64,000 nucleotides of DNA from Cenococcum geophilum (Eukaryota), in NCBI GenBank assembly GCA_050273025.1, contig CP158635.1:33232001-33296000 (forward strand), given 5' to 3'. A program made the position numbers and the translations under genes. A model generated the notes under the pieces. The model saw only the letters and a list, made by a program, of their open reading frames with translations. It was not told the DNA's origin and ran no database searches. Positions 1 through 12,599 of the stretch are shown piece by piece (the stretch's first letter is position 1; each line of letters opens with the position of its first letter).

Positions 1-1789
1 TGGGCTGCTAGTTATTAAAAATGGAAGTTAAAACGGAAAGAGATATAAAAAGATAGCGAGCAGGCAAAGAAGAGGTAGAAGACGGTTAAGCGGGTAGGGC
101 AGCTAAAGGGAAAGTTAGCCGTAGGGGCAGCCGTAGGGGCAGCTATAGGGGCAGCCGTAGGTATAGGGGAGGAAGCTATAAAGGAGGAAGGGGAGATATA
201 GAACGAGGAGGCCCTAAACGCCCTATTTAACGAGATAGTCTAATACTTAGTTATAAATAGCTACGTCTTCACTATTACCGAGCTTTATATATAGCAGTTA
301 AAAGGTAAAACCTCATAGCCGCTACGGGGGGTAAAGCTCTTAGTAGTACTAGACAGCGTCTGCCGCAATAAGGACTAAATTTAACGCGTTAACTTTATTA
401 ATTAAGGCCTATTTATAATTACTAGCGGCTATAACATTAAAGGGCTTAAAAAGGTAATTACTTAGTGCTAAAAGACGGGCTCTAAGATACCAGGTTTAGT
501 TAAGTCTTACCTTTAAACTATAGCTAAGCATTTATTAGGTTTGTATATACCCTACCTAGTCTATATAGCTACCATTTTTTAACCCGTTCCTTAGGCCATA
601 CTACCGTTACCCGTAGTAAAAGTAGATAAGATATTTAGCTTACTAACCTTATTCTTATTAAACTAGAGAATAAAGGGCCTAAACTAGATAAGTTAGCGCC
701 GTATATAATTATATTAATAATATAAGGGAAGCAGAATTAGTATAATAAGGTTAAGTATATAGGCTGTATACAAAACGCTAACCCTATCCTCTACCCCCTC
801 TCTATAGTAGCCTTCTACTTCTTTAACCACTAGGGTAAAGATAGCGCTAAGAGCTTCCCATCCTTTTAGTAGCTAAAGGACTACTATAACCTATATATCT
901 TCCCTAGCAGTATTAAAGTACCGTAACGGCCGCTAAGCTATTATACACAGTTTAAATAGAATAAAAAGATATTCTAGGGGGTAGGAATTTACTTAAAGGA
1001 GAAGACCCATAGCGCCTGTAAGTAGAGCGTCTGGTATACTAAGCTTAGCGGCGTTAAAAAGACCTAAATTAGATAGGCCGAATGCTAGAATATAGACGCA
1101 ATAATAAGAGCCTACCTTAGCTACCTACCCTATGCGTTTATATAGTCGATTACTAGCTTCCTAAAGAAAGAAAAGGGCTACTTTCTCCCCTATACACGGA
1201 AGGTGCTAAAGGAGGCCCTCTATTTAAAGATATGGCCTAAGACTAACGTCTAGCTAAAACGCATAGAGGCCTACTACCTAGGTAGGGCCGATAATAAGGT
1301 TATATAGCTTAACCTTATAGGCTTAGGATTTCTACGCCTCCTCTATACGCTTAGGGTAATCCTATTATAGGACTTAGTAATCCTACGTAAGTAGTTCCCG
1401 CTCTACCCCCTATAAAAGAACCCCTTTTTTAGCTGCGAGGAGTACCAAAGGTTCGCCGCGTGGGTAGAAAGCTCGCTAGCTAATATAGTTACGCTAGATA
1501 AGCTAATAATGCGGAAATACTAGCCTACCTATAAGGCCGTAGCTAAACTAAGATATAAGGCCGCAATCTCCGAGATAAAGGGGGTTTAATTACGCGTGTA
1601 GACGATTTTAGAACGCCTTAGCAAAATAGAAAGGTTATTAGTATTATTCGCACCTATATAGATCTAATAAGGGAAGACGGGTATCTAAATAGGGCCTATA
1701 GAGTCCGTATATCTACCTTTAGGCAAGCCCACGCCGTCTACTATAGCGTTTACTATATTCGCGCCGCCTACTCTACTATCTATAATATC

Positions 1790-1950
1790 CGTACTACCTA
1801 TTTAGCCGCCGTCTATAATATCCGCACCGTTTACTTAGCCGTCTATAATATCCGCACTATCCGCTTAACCGTCTATAATATCCGCACTATCCGCTTAGCT
1901 ATCTATAATATCCGCACCACCTACTTAGCCGTCTACTATATCTACATTAC
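1790..1950 (+). repeat. ~30-bp coding minisatellite inside the Crypton ORF (P/S/T/A-rich linker); second copy ~5350-5510
   Basis: Repeated unit resembling gccgtctataatatccgcaccgtccgctta. Confidence 0.8.
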
Positions 1951-2319
1951 CCCTACTAGCGTAGGTATAAGCTAATACTTAACTATCTCTTCTATTTATC
2001 CTTAACCTATAGGCGCCGCTAAGGAAATATAAAATGCTTTAAGGCGGTAATTTAGTCTTCTAGCTCTAGACTAAGTAGACTTTAGGGCTAGTAGGTAGGC
2101 CGTTAATTAAAGCTCTTAATCGCTATTAGGGGGCATACTAGTAGGTTAATAGCGAGGCTATATTCTATAGCCGTTACTATAGGATAATTAAGGATATAAG
2201 ACAGCGCGTAGAAGACGGTACGGCAAGAGATAAGAGATAGGCTATTAACCAGCTAGAACAGCTACAAGGTCGGCGTTCTTTAGATTGGCTTTATAAGAAT
2301 ATCTAAATAGTTATTTTAC

Positions 2320-2660
2320 TACAGTAACTAAGACGCCTTAATATATAACTGCACTATAGTAACTAAGACGCCTCTATATACGATTATACTGCAATAACTA
2401 AGACGCCTTAATGTATAACTGTACTACAGTAACTAAGACGTCTTAATATAGGACTATACTAGTAACTAAGACGTCTTAATATAGGACTGCACTATAGTAA
2501 CCAAGACGCCTTAATATACGACTGCACTATAGTGACCAAAACGTCTTAATATAGGACTGCACTGCATTAACCGAGATGCCTTAATATAGGACTATACTAC
2601 AGTAACCGAGATATCTTAATATAGGACTATACTATAGCAACTAAGACGCCTTAATATAGG
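2320..2660 (+). repeat. ~32-bp tandem repeat array in the Crypton 3' non-coding region; second copy ~5880-6220
   Basis: About ten units resembling agtaactaagacgccttaatataggactgcact, directly after the ORF stop. Confidence 0.85.
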
Positions 2661-2898
2661 AATAGAGCCCGTTTAGGTATTGTAAATTCAAAGTAATATT
2701 ATATAACCGTCCAGAAGTACCGATTTAACACAAATTATATACCTTTTCGCCCAAAATCGCGTGCAAAAGTACTTAGGGGCGGTCGCTACGCGACCTCATA
2801 TGGGGTTCGGGCGCGTTATTAGTAGGGGTGGCCCTAACCTTATATTAACCTAGGTTATAACCGCGCCAAATTAGCCCCCCTAATATGTAATAGGTATC

Positions 2899-5800
2899 GA
2901 AGGTCTAGGTTAGGCTTAGCATAACCTTAGGTTATATACAACCCCCTAAGGTCCGCGATATATCGTCTAAATATTACCCCCCCCTTTTGGTAGTAGCCCC
3001 TACTTTTTAGACGCGTTTTTAAGGCCTAGGTTAGTACTAGGTTAGTATAAAGGACCTTATCGCGCGCCTTTAACCTTATTATCGCCTTAATAATCTATTT
3101 TTTAACCCTCTTCCTATTCTTATACCCGCGCTAGCTCCTAGCTTATATAGGGCTTCTAGTTTTATATAGAACGGCATACTATAATTCTAATTCTATAATA
3201 TAGAGCTCTCTTCTTTTCCTTCTCTATTAATATTTACGCGTCTTCCCCCTAACCTCTTACGGAGATAGAGTTTTTTAAGAATTTTCTTACCCTACAGTCT
3301 ACTTTGTAGTTAAAGGAAGCCCCTTTAGCCTCCTCCTCCCCCTCTTTCTATAGCCTCTAGAACGAATTTAAGGCCCAGACAACACGGCTATATAATATTT
3401 ATAAGGCCTAGCGCTTAAAGAATACTATAAGGGCGTATAAGCTAAAGTAGAAAGAGTAGGAAGACTAGTATATAAGACTAAAAGGTAATATAGATAGCGC
3501 CTAGGTAACAGAAGATAAGCTTTACCTATTTTTAGAGCAGTAAGTTATTAACTAAAAATTATAGGCTGCTAGCTATTAAAAACGGAAGTTAAAACGGAAA
3601 GAGATATAGAAAGATGGTAAGTGGGCGAAGAAGAGGCAGAAGACGGTTAAGCAGGTAGGGCAGCTAGAGGGAAAGTTAGCCGTAGGGGCAGCCGTAGGGG
3701 TAGCTATAGGGGCAGCTGTAGGCACAGGGGAGGAAGCTATAAAGGAGGAAGGGGAGATATAGGATGAGGAGGCCCTAGACGCCCTATTTAACAAGATAGT
3801 TTAATACTTAGTTATAAATAGCTACGTCTTTACTATTACTAAGCTTTATATATAGTAGTTAAAAGGCAAAACCTTATAGCCGCTATGGGGGGCAAAGCTC
3901 TTAGTAGTACTAGATAGTATCTACCGTAATAAGGACCAAATTTAACGCGTTAACTTTATTAATTAAGGCCTATTTATAATTACTAGCGGCTATAACATTA
4001 AAGGGCTTAAAAAGGCAATTATTTAGTGCTAAAAGACGGGCTCTAAGATACTAGGTTTAGTTAAGTCTTACCTTTAAACTATAGCTAAGTATTTATTAGG
4101 TTCGTATATACCCTACCTAGTCTATATAGCTGCCGTTTTCTAACCCGTTCCTTAAGCCATACTACTATTACCTATAGTAAAAGTAGATAAGACGTTTAGC
4201 TTACTAACCTTATTTTTATTAAACTAGAGAATAAAGGGCCTAAACCGAATAAGTTAGCGCCGTATATAATTATATTAATAATATAAGGGAAGCAGAATTA
4301 GCACGGCAAGGTTAAGTATATAGGCTATATACAGAACGCTAACCCTATCCTCTACCCCCTCTTTATAGTAGCCTTCTACTTCTTTAACCGCTAGGGTAAA
4401 GATAGCGCTAAGAGCTTTCTATCCTTTTAGTAGCTAGAGGACTACTATAACCTATATATCTTCCCTAGCAGTATTAAAGTACCATAACGGCCGCTAAGCT
4501 ATTATACGCAGTTTAAATAGAATAAAAAGATATTCTAGGGGGTAGGAATTTACTTAAAGGAGAAGACCTATAGCGCCTATAAGTAGAGCGTCTAGTATAC
4601 TAAGCTTAGCGGCGTTAAGGAGACCTAAATTAGATGGGCTAAACGCTGGAATATAGACGCAATAATAGGAGCCTACCTTAGCTACCTACCCCGTGCGTTT
4701 ATATAGTTAATTACCAGCTTCCTAAAGAAAGGAAAGGGCTACTTTCTTCCCTACACACGGGAGGTGCCAGAGGAGGCCCTTTATTTAAAGATATAGCCTA
4801 AGACTAACGTCTGGCTAAAACGTATAGAGGCCTACTACCTAGGTAGGGCCAATAATAAGGTTATACAGCTTAACCTTACGGGCTTAGGATTTCTACGCCT
4901 CCTCTATACGCTTAGGGTAATCCTATTATAGGACTTAATAATTTTACATAAGCAGTTCCCGCTCTACCCCCTATAGAAGGACCCCCTCTTTAGCTATAAG
5001 GAGTACCAGAGGTTTGCTACGCGGGTAAAAAGCTCGCTAGCTAATATAGTTACGCTAGATAAGCTAATAATATAGAAATACTAGCCCGCCTATAAAGCTG
5101 TAGCTAAACTAAGATATAAGGCCGCAATCTCTAAGATAAAGGGGGTTTAATTACGCGTGTAAATAATCTTAGAACGCCTTAGCGAAATAAAAAGGTTATT
5201 AGTATTATTCGCACCTATATAGATCTAGTAAGGGAAGACAGGTATCTAAATAGGGCCTATAGAGTCTGTATATCTACCTTTAGGCAAGCCCACGCCGTCT
5301 ACTATAGCGTCTACTATATTCGCGCCGCCTACTCTACTGTCTACAATATCTATACTACCTACTTAGCCGCTGTCTATAATATCCGCACCGTCCGCTTAGC
5401 CGTCTATAATATCTATACTATCTACTTAGCTATCTATAATATCCGCACTATTTACTTAGCTATTTATAATATCCGTACCGCCTGTTTAGCCGTCTACTAT
5501 ATCTATATTGCCCTTACTAGCGTAGGTATAAGCTAATACTTAACTATCTCTTCTATTTATCCTTAACCTATAGGCGCCGCTAAGGAAATATAAAATGCTT
5601 TAAGGCGGTAATTTGGTCTTCTAGCTCTAGACTAAGTGGACTTTAGGGCTAGTAGGTAGGCCGTTAATTAAAGCTCTTAATTACTACTAGGGGGCATACT
5701 AGCGGGTTAACGGCGAGGCTATATTCTATAGCCGTTACCGTAGGATAATTAAGGATATAAGACAGCGCGTAAAAGACGGTACGGTAAGAGATAAGAGATA

Positions 5801-6459
5801 GGCTATTAACCAGCTAGAACAGCTACGAGGTTGGCGTTCTTTAGATTAGCTTTATAAGAATATCTAAATAGTTATTTTACTATAGTGACTAAGACGCTTT
5901 AATATATAACTGCACTATAGTAACTAAGACGCCTCTATATACAATTATACTGTAATAACTAAGACGCCTTAATATACGACTATACTATAGTAACTAAGAC
6001 GTCTTAATATAGGACTATACTAGTAACCGAGACATCTTAATATAGGACTACACTATAGTAACCGAGACGCCTTAATATATAACTGTACTATAGTGACCAA
6101 AACGTCTTAATATAGGACTGCACTGTATTAACTGAGACGCCTTAATATAGGACTATACTATAGTGACCGAGATATCTTAATATAGGACTATACTATAGCA
6201 ACTAAGACGCCTTAATATAGAAATAGAGCCCGTTTAGGTGTTGTAAATTTAGAGTAATATTACGCGACCGTCCAGAAGTACCGATCTAATATAAATTATA
6301 TACCTTTTCGCCCAAAATCGCGTGCGAAAGTACTTGGGGGCGGTCGCTGCGCGACCTTATGTGGGGTTCGGGCGCGTTATCAGCAGGGGTGGCCCTAACC
6401 TCGTATTAACCCAGGTCGTAACCACGCCAAATCAGCCCCCCCGATATGTGATAGGTATC
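2899..6459 (+). mobile_element. Crypton-type transposon, copy 2 (one full repeat unit), RIP-inactivated
   Basis: Direct tandem repeat of 1-2898 (tgggctgcta at 1 vs taggctgcta at 3562; taggtatc ends at 2898 and 6459). Reconstructed ORF ~3265-5867 also has an N-terminal RPKNT..AY..KQ.EW..WC...VTEDKL.LFL motif typical of Crypton/NDC10-like proteins. Many TAA/TAG stops. Confidence 0.85.
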
Positions 6460-9400
6460 TTATTAGTAGGGCCACTAAGGCGCTAGCGGTAAGCGAGCTA
6501 ATAGCGATTTTCTATCCTGGGGATGGAAAATCCTAATTGGCTAGTTTAAGTTAGGGTCTGCAGAATCTAACTAATTAGATAACTTTAACCGCCGGTTAAA
6601 GTTCTTAGACATCTTAAGATCTTATATAACTAAGAAATTTCTAGGGACTCCCTTTTAACCTAACCTTTAACTTATATATATAGAGTATTTATATTAATAA
6701 ACGTCTTTAGTGCCTTATTTAGGTTCGCCTTTATTATTATATCTACCGGGTTATCTTAGCCATTAATCTATTAAATCTTAAAGAGTTTTTAACGCTTATA
6801 GGATTGCTAAAGTGCCATAATATTAATTATAAGGCGCTTCTTCTTTGTAGTACTAAGCTTAACTAAATACTTATAGAGGGAATATAAGTTAGTATATATA
6901 ATTATAAGAATAACGGGAAGTTCGAGTCGATCTATAATTATCTTTAGGGTAGTTCTAATTGCAATTGCTATATTAACTCCGCTAACTATTCCATATATCT
7001 CTAATACTAAAACACTTTAGGTAATATGGTTACTCTTAGTTAAGCTCTAATAAATAAGATTGCCATAGATTATAAAGTTATTCTCTTTAGTAAATTTATT
7101 TGTAATAATAATCTTATATCCTAACTAGGAGCTAAAATCTTTATTATTTATAAATAATCTATTAATAAATATAAAGAGCTTAGCGGTAGGAAGATTAATA
7201 GGCACGTAGAGTAGTCCCTAATTAAGATGGTTTATTTGCTAGAAAAGACGCTTATTTAGGGCAAGGATATTGTCCTTAGTTAGTTCCTAGTATTAAGCCA
7301 TAATAAAGAGATTAAATAAAGCCTTAGGTTAATAGATAGAAGTAATATAAGCTCTATAAGCACGTTGCTCTACATATCCTTGCTTTAGAAAATTAATATT
7401 AATAATATTAATCTTCTTGCCTTAACCCTTCTAACGTAAAGTAATAGAATTCTTATTTAGGGAGAGGATGCATCTATTAAAGAGTAATAGTGTTATTAAG
7501 TTAAGCTTTTTCTTTAGCTTTATTATAAGATTTATCTTTACTAGCTTATCCTTTTTAAGAGCTAAGAATTAGTCGTCTCCTAAGATAATTATATTATTAG
7601 TTTATATACTAACGATTCCGAATAGGGTTCCCGTGGTTATAATAAGGAAGTAGGGATTAAATATAAAAGTAGTTATTAAAAGCTTCTCTTTATGGTGCTT
7701 GCTGTAAGTAGCCTACTAGTAAGTTCTTACCTCTACAATTCTATATAATGGCTTAAGCATAACTATAATTGTATCTTTAGGATACTAATAGCGAATTTAC
7801 TCCGGAAGGTATGCCAGTATTAAGCGCTAAAGGGGCGTCTCTAATTAAGTATAGGCTTAAGTAATATCTCGTAAATAAACCGCTATTTTATTCTTTATTA
7901 AGGAGGGAGCTAGCGCAACAATAACTTGGTAACTAGCTCGTTAAATTATAGAAGATTGCGTAAGAATTACCTCCTTACTATTATTATTGTGACCTTAGAT
8001 AATAAGCCTTAATTTCTTAAATAGGGCGTTAGTAGCTTTACCCTTAATCTTATTAACCATTCTTAACTTAAAGATATAAACTCCATTAAACTTAGTAGGG
8101 TTATACTTCTTAAATTTAAAAACTCCTTTTATAATAAGACTATCGATCTCCTACTTATTGGATGCTTAGAAAGGAGCTCCTAAAGTTATAATATAACCTT
8201 TCTTTTAGAGCTGTTTTGCGAGTTTAAAGTTAGCCTTCTCCTTAGCTATTATAAAGGCCATTAATAACTTAACTCTATTCTTAATGGCGGCAATAAATTA
8301 TTCTTTAAAATTAATAAGATGTTGGCGATTTTATGATCCCTTTAGGCGACCTCTGCCGCGTCGTGGTTGTAGCGTATCTACTATAATTATATTAGGATCG
8401 TAGTCGCCTTTTAGAGTATATTAATTATAGTTCTCTTCTAAGGCATCTTCTAGGGCATCCTATAAAGGCTTAAAATTGTTATTTTTATAGTAAGGCTTAA
8501 TAACAGTTAAACGGAATTAAGTAGGTCTATAAGGTATCTAAATAGTATAAGTTTAACTATTAATTGTAATGAGTTGGTGTGGGCCTAACTATCCTCCCTT
8601 TTTACGCCATATACGTACCTTAGACTGGAGTGGCAGATTAAGTATAGTTAAGGTGTTTAGGCCATTTCTTATTCCTAGTACGTTGTTAACCTAGCGTATA
8701 GCATAGAAACGTCGTACCTCCTTTATTGCCTTATAAATAGCCTTAGCTTATTATATAACGGAGGGAGATAATAAAAAATCATTAGTTATTTAAGGGTAGG
8801 CGCTAAAGACTAGTAATATAGGTATAAGTCTATCCGGGCCAGCGGAATTATTAATAGCTTTAATAGCTATTTATAAGGTAAGTTCTTTACTAGCGTTCTT
8901 TAGTTCTAAAGAGATAATCTTATATACGCGGCGTAATGGTATATAATATCGTTCTACTTTTCTAATACTATTATATGCCTTAATAGGGACTTCCTTAACC
9001 TTAATTGCTATTGCCTTTATTTATTATTAAAACTCTATAGATAAGAAGTTCTTTCCTATATTATAGATAATTTAATTAGGGGGTCCTAAATAGATATTAA
9101 TCTAGTATAACTAAAGGGTCTCCTATGCGTTTCTAGCTAATATATCTTTTAAGAAACGCGCGGCTTAGAAGAAGGTTAAGAAGTCAATAACTTAGAGCAC
9201 TGGCTTGCCGCTAAGATATATAACGTCAATAATAATATAGAAGTTAAAGTCGTAGTTATCCTTAAGGGTGAACTTAAATCAGCCAGGGAACTTCTGGTTT
9301 ATTTAGTAGTAATAATAATACTTTATAAGATGCTTAATTGCCTTAACCTTAACTTTATAGCCTACTTGCTAAAGAACCCTAAGTAATTAATAAACGGATA

Positions 9401-11933
9401 GGTGGCTAAAATGACGGTGTAGTTGGCGTAACTTTAACTTAGTTAAGTGGCTTTAAGCAACGCTCTTTTCTAGTTAATAAAGGAGTAACTAGAGGTAACC
9501 CTACTTGCGTATAACGGGCACCTAATTATCTCCTTAGATAAGTATATTCTTAAGGTTATTAAGCTTAACACCTAATTTATTTATATCTTTAATGCAAAAT
9601 AGAAATAGGGTGTTTATAGGAATAATATAAAAACTAATATACCCTAAGGGGGTTTAAACCCTAATTATGCTAAGAGAGATTATAGTACCTTTGCTAAAAT
9701 AAATTGTATACTAGCCTGCCGTTAAATAGTTAATCTAAACAGAGCTATTAAGCTACTAAAGGGCTTAAACTTAAGGTTCTCCTACTATAGATACTTCTGC
9801 GGCTCTAGTATCCGGCATAATACTATAAAAGACGTTTGCCGAGTATCTGTCGTTAAAGGAAAACACGGAGCTCTTCTTTAGCTCATTAAAGATATCTAAC
9901 TTTATAATAGAATAGAGCGTAGATTAGCCATTAAGGATAGCGACGGTTTGTATACCATTTACCTCACTATACTTAGTAAAGTATTAGTTAGGTAAGTAGT
10001 CCTCAATTTCTATATCTATAAGGAGCTATTTAACCTCATTAACCTCACCCTTAAGGTCTTCTATACCTTTATATTAAACTAAAAAGCTTTAAAAGTAGGC
10101 CGTAGTAACCTTATAATTTCTAACATTTTTTATACTCTAACAGAACTTATTATATGCCTCTTTTTACTTATTAAGGGAGTGTTTAGTTAACTAGTAATTT
10201 GGCTTCTTATAAACATAGCATTTCTTCTAGTAATTACTTCGAAATAAACCTCTACGAGGACCTCTATAATTACCTCATAGTTAACGTTAATTATACCCTC
10301 TTTTGTATTCCCTACTGCGGCTACTATATATTTAATTAGTCTAGTTATAATTATATTAGTTAGGAATACTTAATTAGGTAGAGTTTTTGGTATAAAACTG
10401 TTAAGATTCTTATATTTATATTATAGTACCTATAGCGAAGCGTAGCTTAGCATATACTCCTTTAAACGTATTTATAGGTTTATATAGCGCCAAGTTATAC
10501 TTAGAAACGCCATGGCATGCTAAGATAACCTAGTCCCTTAGGCTGTTCTTATTTTAGTAAGTTTTAGTAAGGCTATATTAGATTTTCTAGAGTTTATTAA
10601 AGAGTAGTTAAAGGCACTCTAAATAAGTCTTTATTAGGTTAGAAGTAATAACTCTCTAAAATATAGTCTCCCGCTATTTAGATATATAAAGTTAATAATT
10701 CTTATCGGTTTTAAAATAGGCTCTAGTAAGCTAAAGCATTGCATTAAAGTTATAGTTTTTACCCGTAATATAGTTATAATAGAATATTACTGCCCGTCCC
10801 TTTAATATAACAGAGAAAGCGTAATAGTACTAGTAGTATTAAATTCTAACCTTATTACAACAGTTATAAAAGACCTATAGTTTTACTCTAAGTATATCGT
10901 ATAGTTCTCCTCTAAACTTCTTCTCTTTATCTAAATATACCTTTATTAGATTTATAACTTCTTATAATAAAGGCTTACTAGTTAGCTAGAGTAGAGGAGG
11001 TAAAGGCGGAGCAACTCTAAGTAGGAAAGCACCTTTAGGTAGGAGAGTAGCTCTAAGTAGGGGGTTAGCGTTCTAGGGGTTTTAATATAAATTAAAGTTG
11101 CCTTCCAAAGAATATAGGTTGTTTTTAGGTTTCTATAGTTAACGTATAATCTTAGCTTCCGTCCATATTAGTTATTCTATACTAATAATAACGGCCTAAA
11201 TATTACTAGCAATTAGGTTACCGTTCTTAGCAACGTATACCCTATTCCTATAGAGGAAGTCTTAAAAGTCCTAAACAATATTAATGTTACTAAGTACCTA
11301 GGTATTAGCAATCTATCCTACAAAATCCTCCCTAAAATACTCCTATAGTTATAAGTCAGTATAGTATCTATTTTAGTAGAATATAATATAATATAGGAGA
11401 AAGCTATTAACTTATTTTACAGTATAAGTTGTTATATTAAAGGCGAATTCATCCTAATCTTTATTAATAAGTTTCGCGTACTTAGCTACCCCTAATAGTA
11501 AGGAGTCTTTCTAGTTATTTAAGGTAGGCGTAGCCATATTTTCGGAGGGAGGGAAGTGTTATTAATATAGGGATTATCGTTTAGTACGCGTTTATAATGT
11601 ATATTTATTATTTAATACATATTTGTCGTTTAGTACGTATTTATAACGTATATTTGCGGTTATAGGGCTTAGGACTAGTTCTAGCCTTAAATTACAAAAA
11701 CTTATAAAGCGTGTTATTTTGCGTAATAAACGCAAGAATCCATAATCTTAAAAAGGCTTAGGACCAGTTCTAGCCTTTAAATCCTTAGATTTATAGAAGA
11801 GTTCTATTTAAGGTTTAGGACCAGTTCTAACCTTAAAAAACAGCTTCCTCTAGCACGAGTAGCACTAGTATAGTGGCTCGTCTCTTCTTGGTGGAATACC
11901 TAGCTTTTCTGTGGTATAACAGTAAAGTTAACT

Positions 11934-11943
11934 ACTAATTAGT
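11934..11943 (-). other. Conserved hairpin site (palindrome replacing the tRNA primer-binding site)
   Basis: ACTAATTAGT abutting the LTR; consistent with a RIP-altered ACTGATCAGT, the motif described for fungal GalEa elements. Confidence 0.7.
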
Positions 11944-12137
11944 GTTGGTTACACAAGGGGATATCACGTAGCTACGGTTCGTAGATAGTATGATAATTAT
12001 TGTTTTCTTTCTTGAAGAAAGGGGTGAGGAACTTAAGGTTCCTCACCACGCTAGTGCCGCGGCGGCACGTGATGGCAACTTGCCACACGTGACGGCAATA
12101 TGCCTCATATGGTGACCATTTGCCTTTATTCCCAACA
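11943..12137 (-). repeat. 5' LTR (195 bp) of the GalEa Copia element
   Basis: Bounded by TGTTGG (11943) and CCAACA (12137). Contains the hairpin ggtgaggaac-ttaag-gttcctcacc and CACGTG motifs. Confidence 0.8.
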
Positions 12138-12599
12138 CATTCATTTAGGAGTGTTTTAGGCCCTGACGAAACATCTGTGCACGAGCGGAATGGAGCAACG
12201 AGACACCTCTATTACCTACAGCCTCACTCGATATTCAGATTGACAAGGAGCCGGCTAGGTGGATAGAGCGGGCTGGATGCGCAGGTTGCGGTTCAGAGTA
12301 TCTTTTATCAGAAAGTACACATTGTAGCCACGTTCACTTGGGCAAAATTAGAGAATCAGCCCTGTTGTCTATCAAGAAAACTGCCTCCCCGAACAACTCA
12401 TCTTTATTGGTTGCACTTAAAATACACCCTTCTAGAACATGAGATACTGTGAAGGATAAGGATGAAATATAATAGTAGGAATGATGCCTTCCTCTTGCTT
12501 TATGCCTGAGCATGGTAAAAGAGCTTATGTACTAGGCCGTCTGTCGGCCCCTTCCTCCTATAATGTGATTAGTAGAAGACCTGGAACATTAGGGTGTTC

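Larger units (their letters stand above)
1..2898 (+). mobile_element. Crypton-type (tyrosine recombinase + GCR1_C) DNA transposon, copy 1, RIP-inactivated, 5' part outside the window
   Basis: Reversing C>T/G>A changes by comparison with copy 2 gives T-R-G-E-S-R (~610-630), G-K-Q-N-Q-H-G-K-V-E-Y-M-G-C (~725-770), K-T-H-S-A-R (~1002-1020), G-R-W-N and A-Y-L-S-Y-L-P (~1075-1130): the R/K/HxxR/W/Y recombinase residues. A GCR1_C-like tail (LWTEWTLG...PSIEALD...W...FYSRR) follows, with a stop at 2304-2306. Aligns to copy 2 at an offset of 3561 bp. Confidence 0.85.
6500..12137 (-). mobile_element. Ty1/Copia LTR retrotransposon, GalEa clade, RIP-inactivated, 3' LTR absent
   Basis: Minus-strand relic motifs in Copia order: Zn knuckle C-X2-C-X4-C-X4-H (CYVCKKPNCWSTKH, ~10180-10226), integrase LHR(R)FGHP (~9400-9432), RT KSRLII (~7995-8017) and QTDD (~7590-7616), RNase H TRSVLASE (~7000-7025). 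A palindromic ACTAATTAGT sits where a PBS would be. Confidence 0.88.

Noticed and set aside
2320..2660. CRISPR-like array
   Set aside because: Eukaryotic context, contiguous degenerate units without unique spacers, and no cas genes.
3576..3794. 72-aa minus-strand ORF
   Set aside because: Antisense shadow of the RGGS-rich part of the RIP-mutated Crypton ORF.
6461..6640. 3' LTR of the Copia element
   Set aside because: No similarity to the LTR at 11943-12137; it reads as pol end, 3' UTR and PPT.
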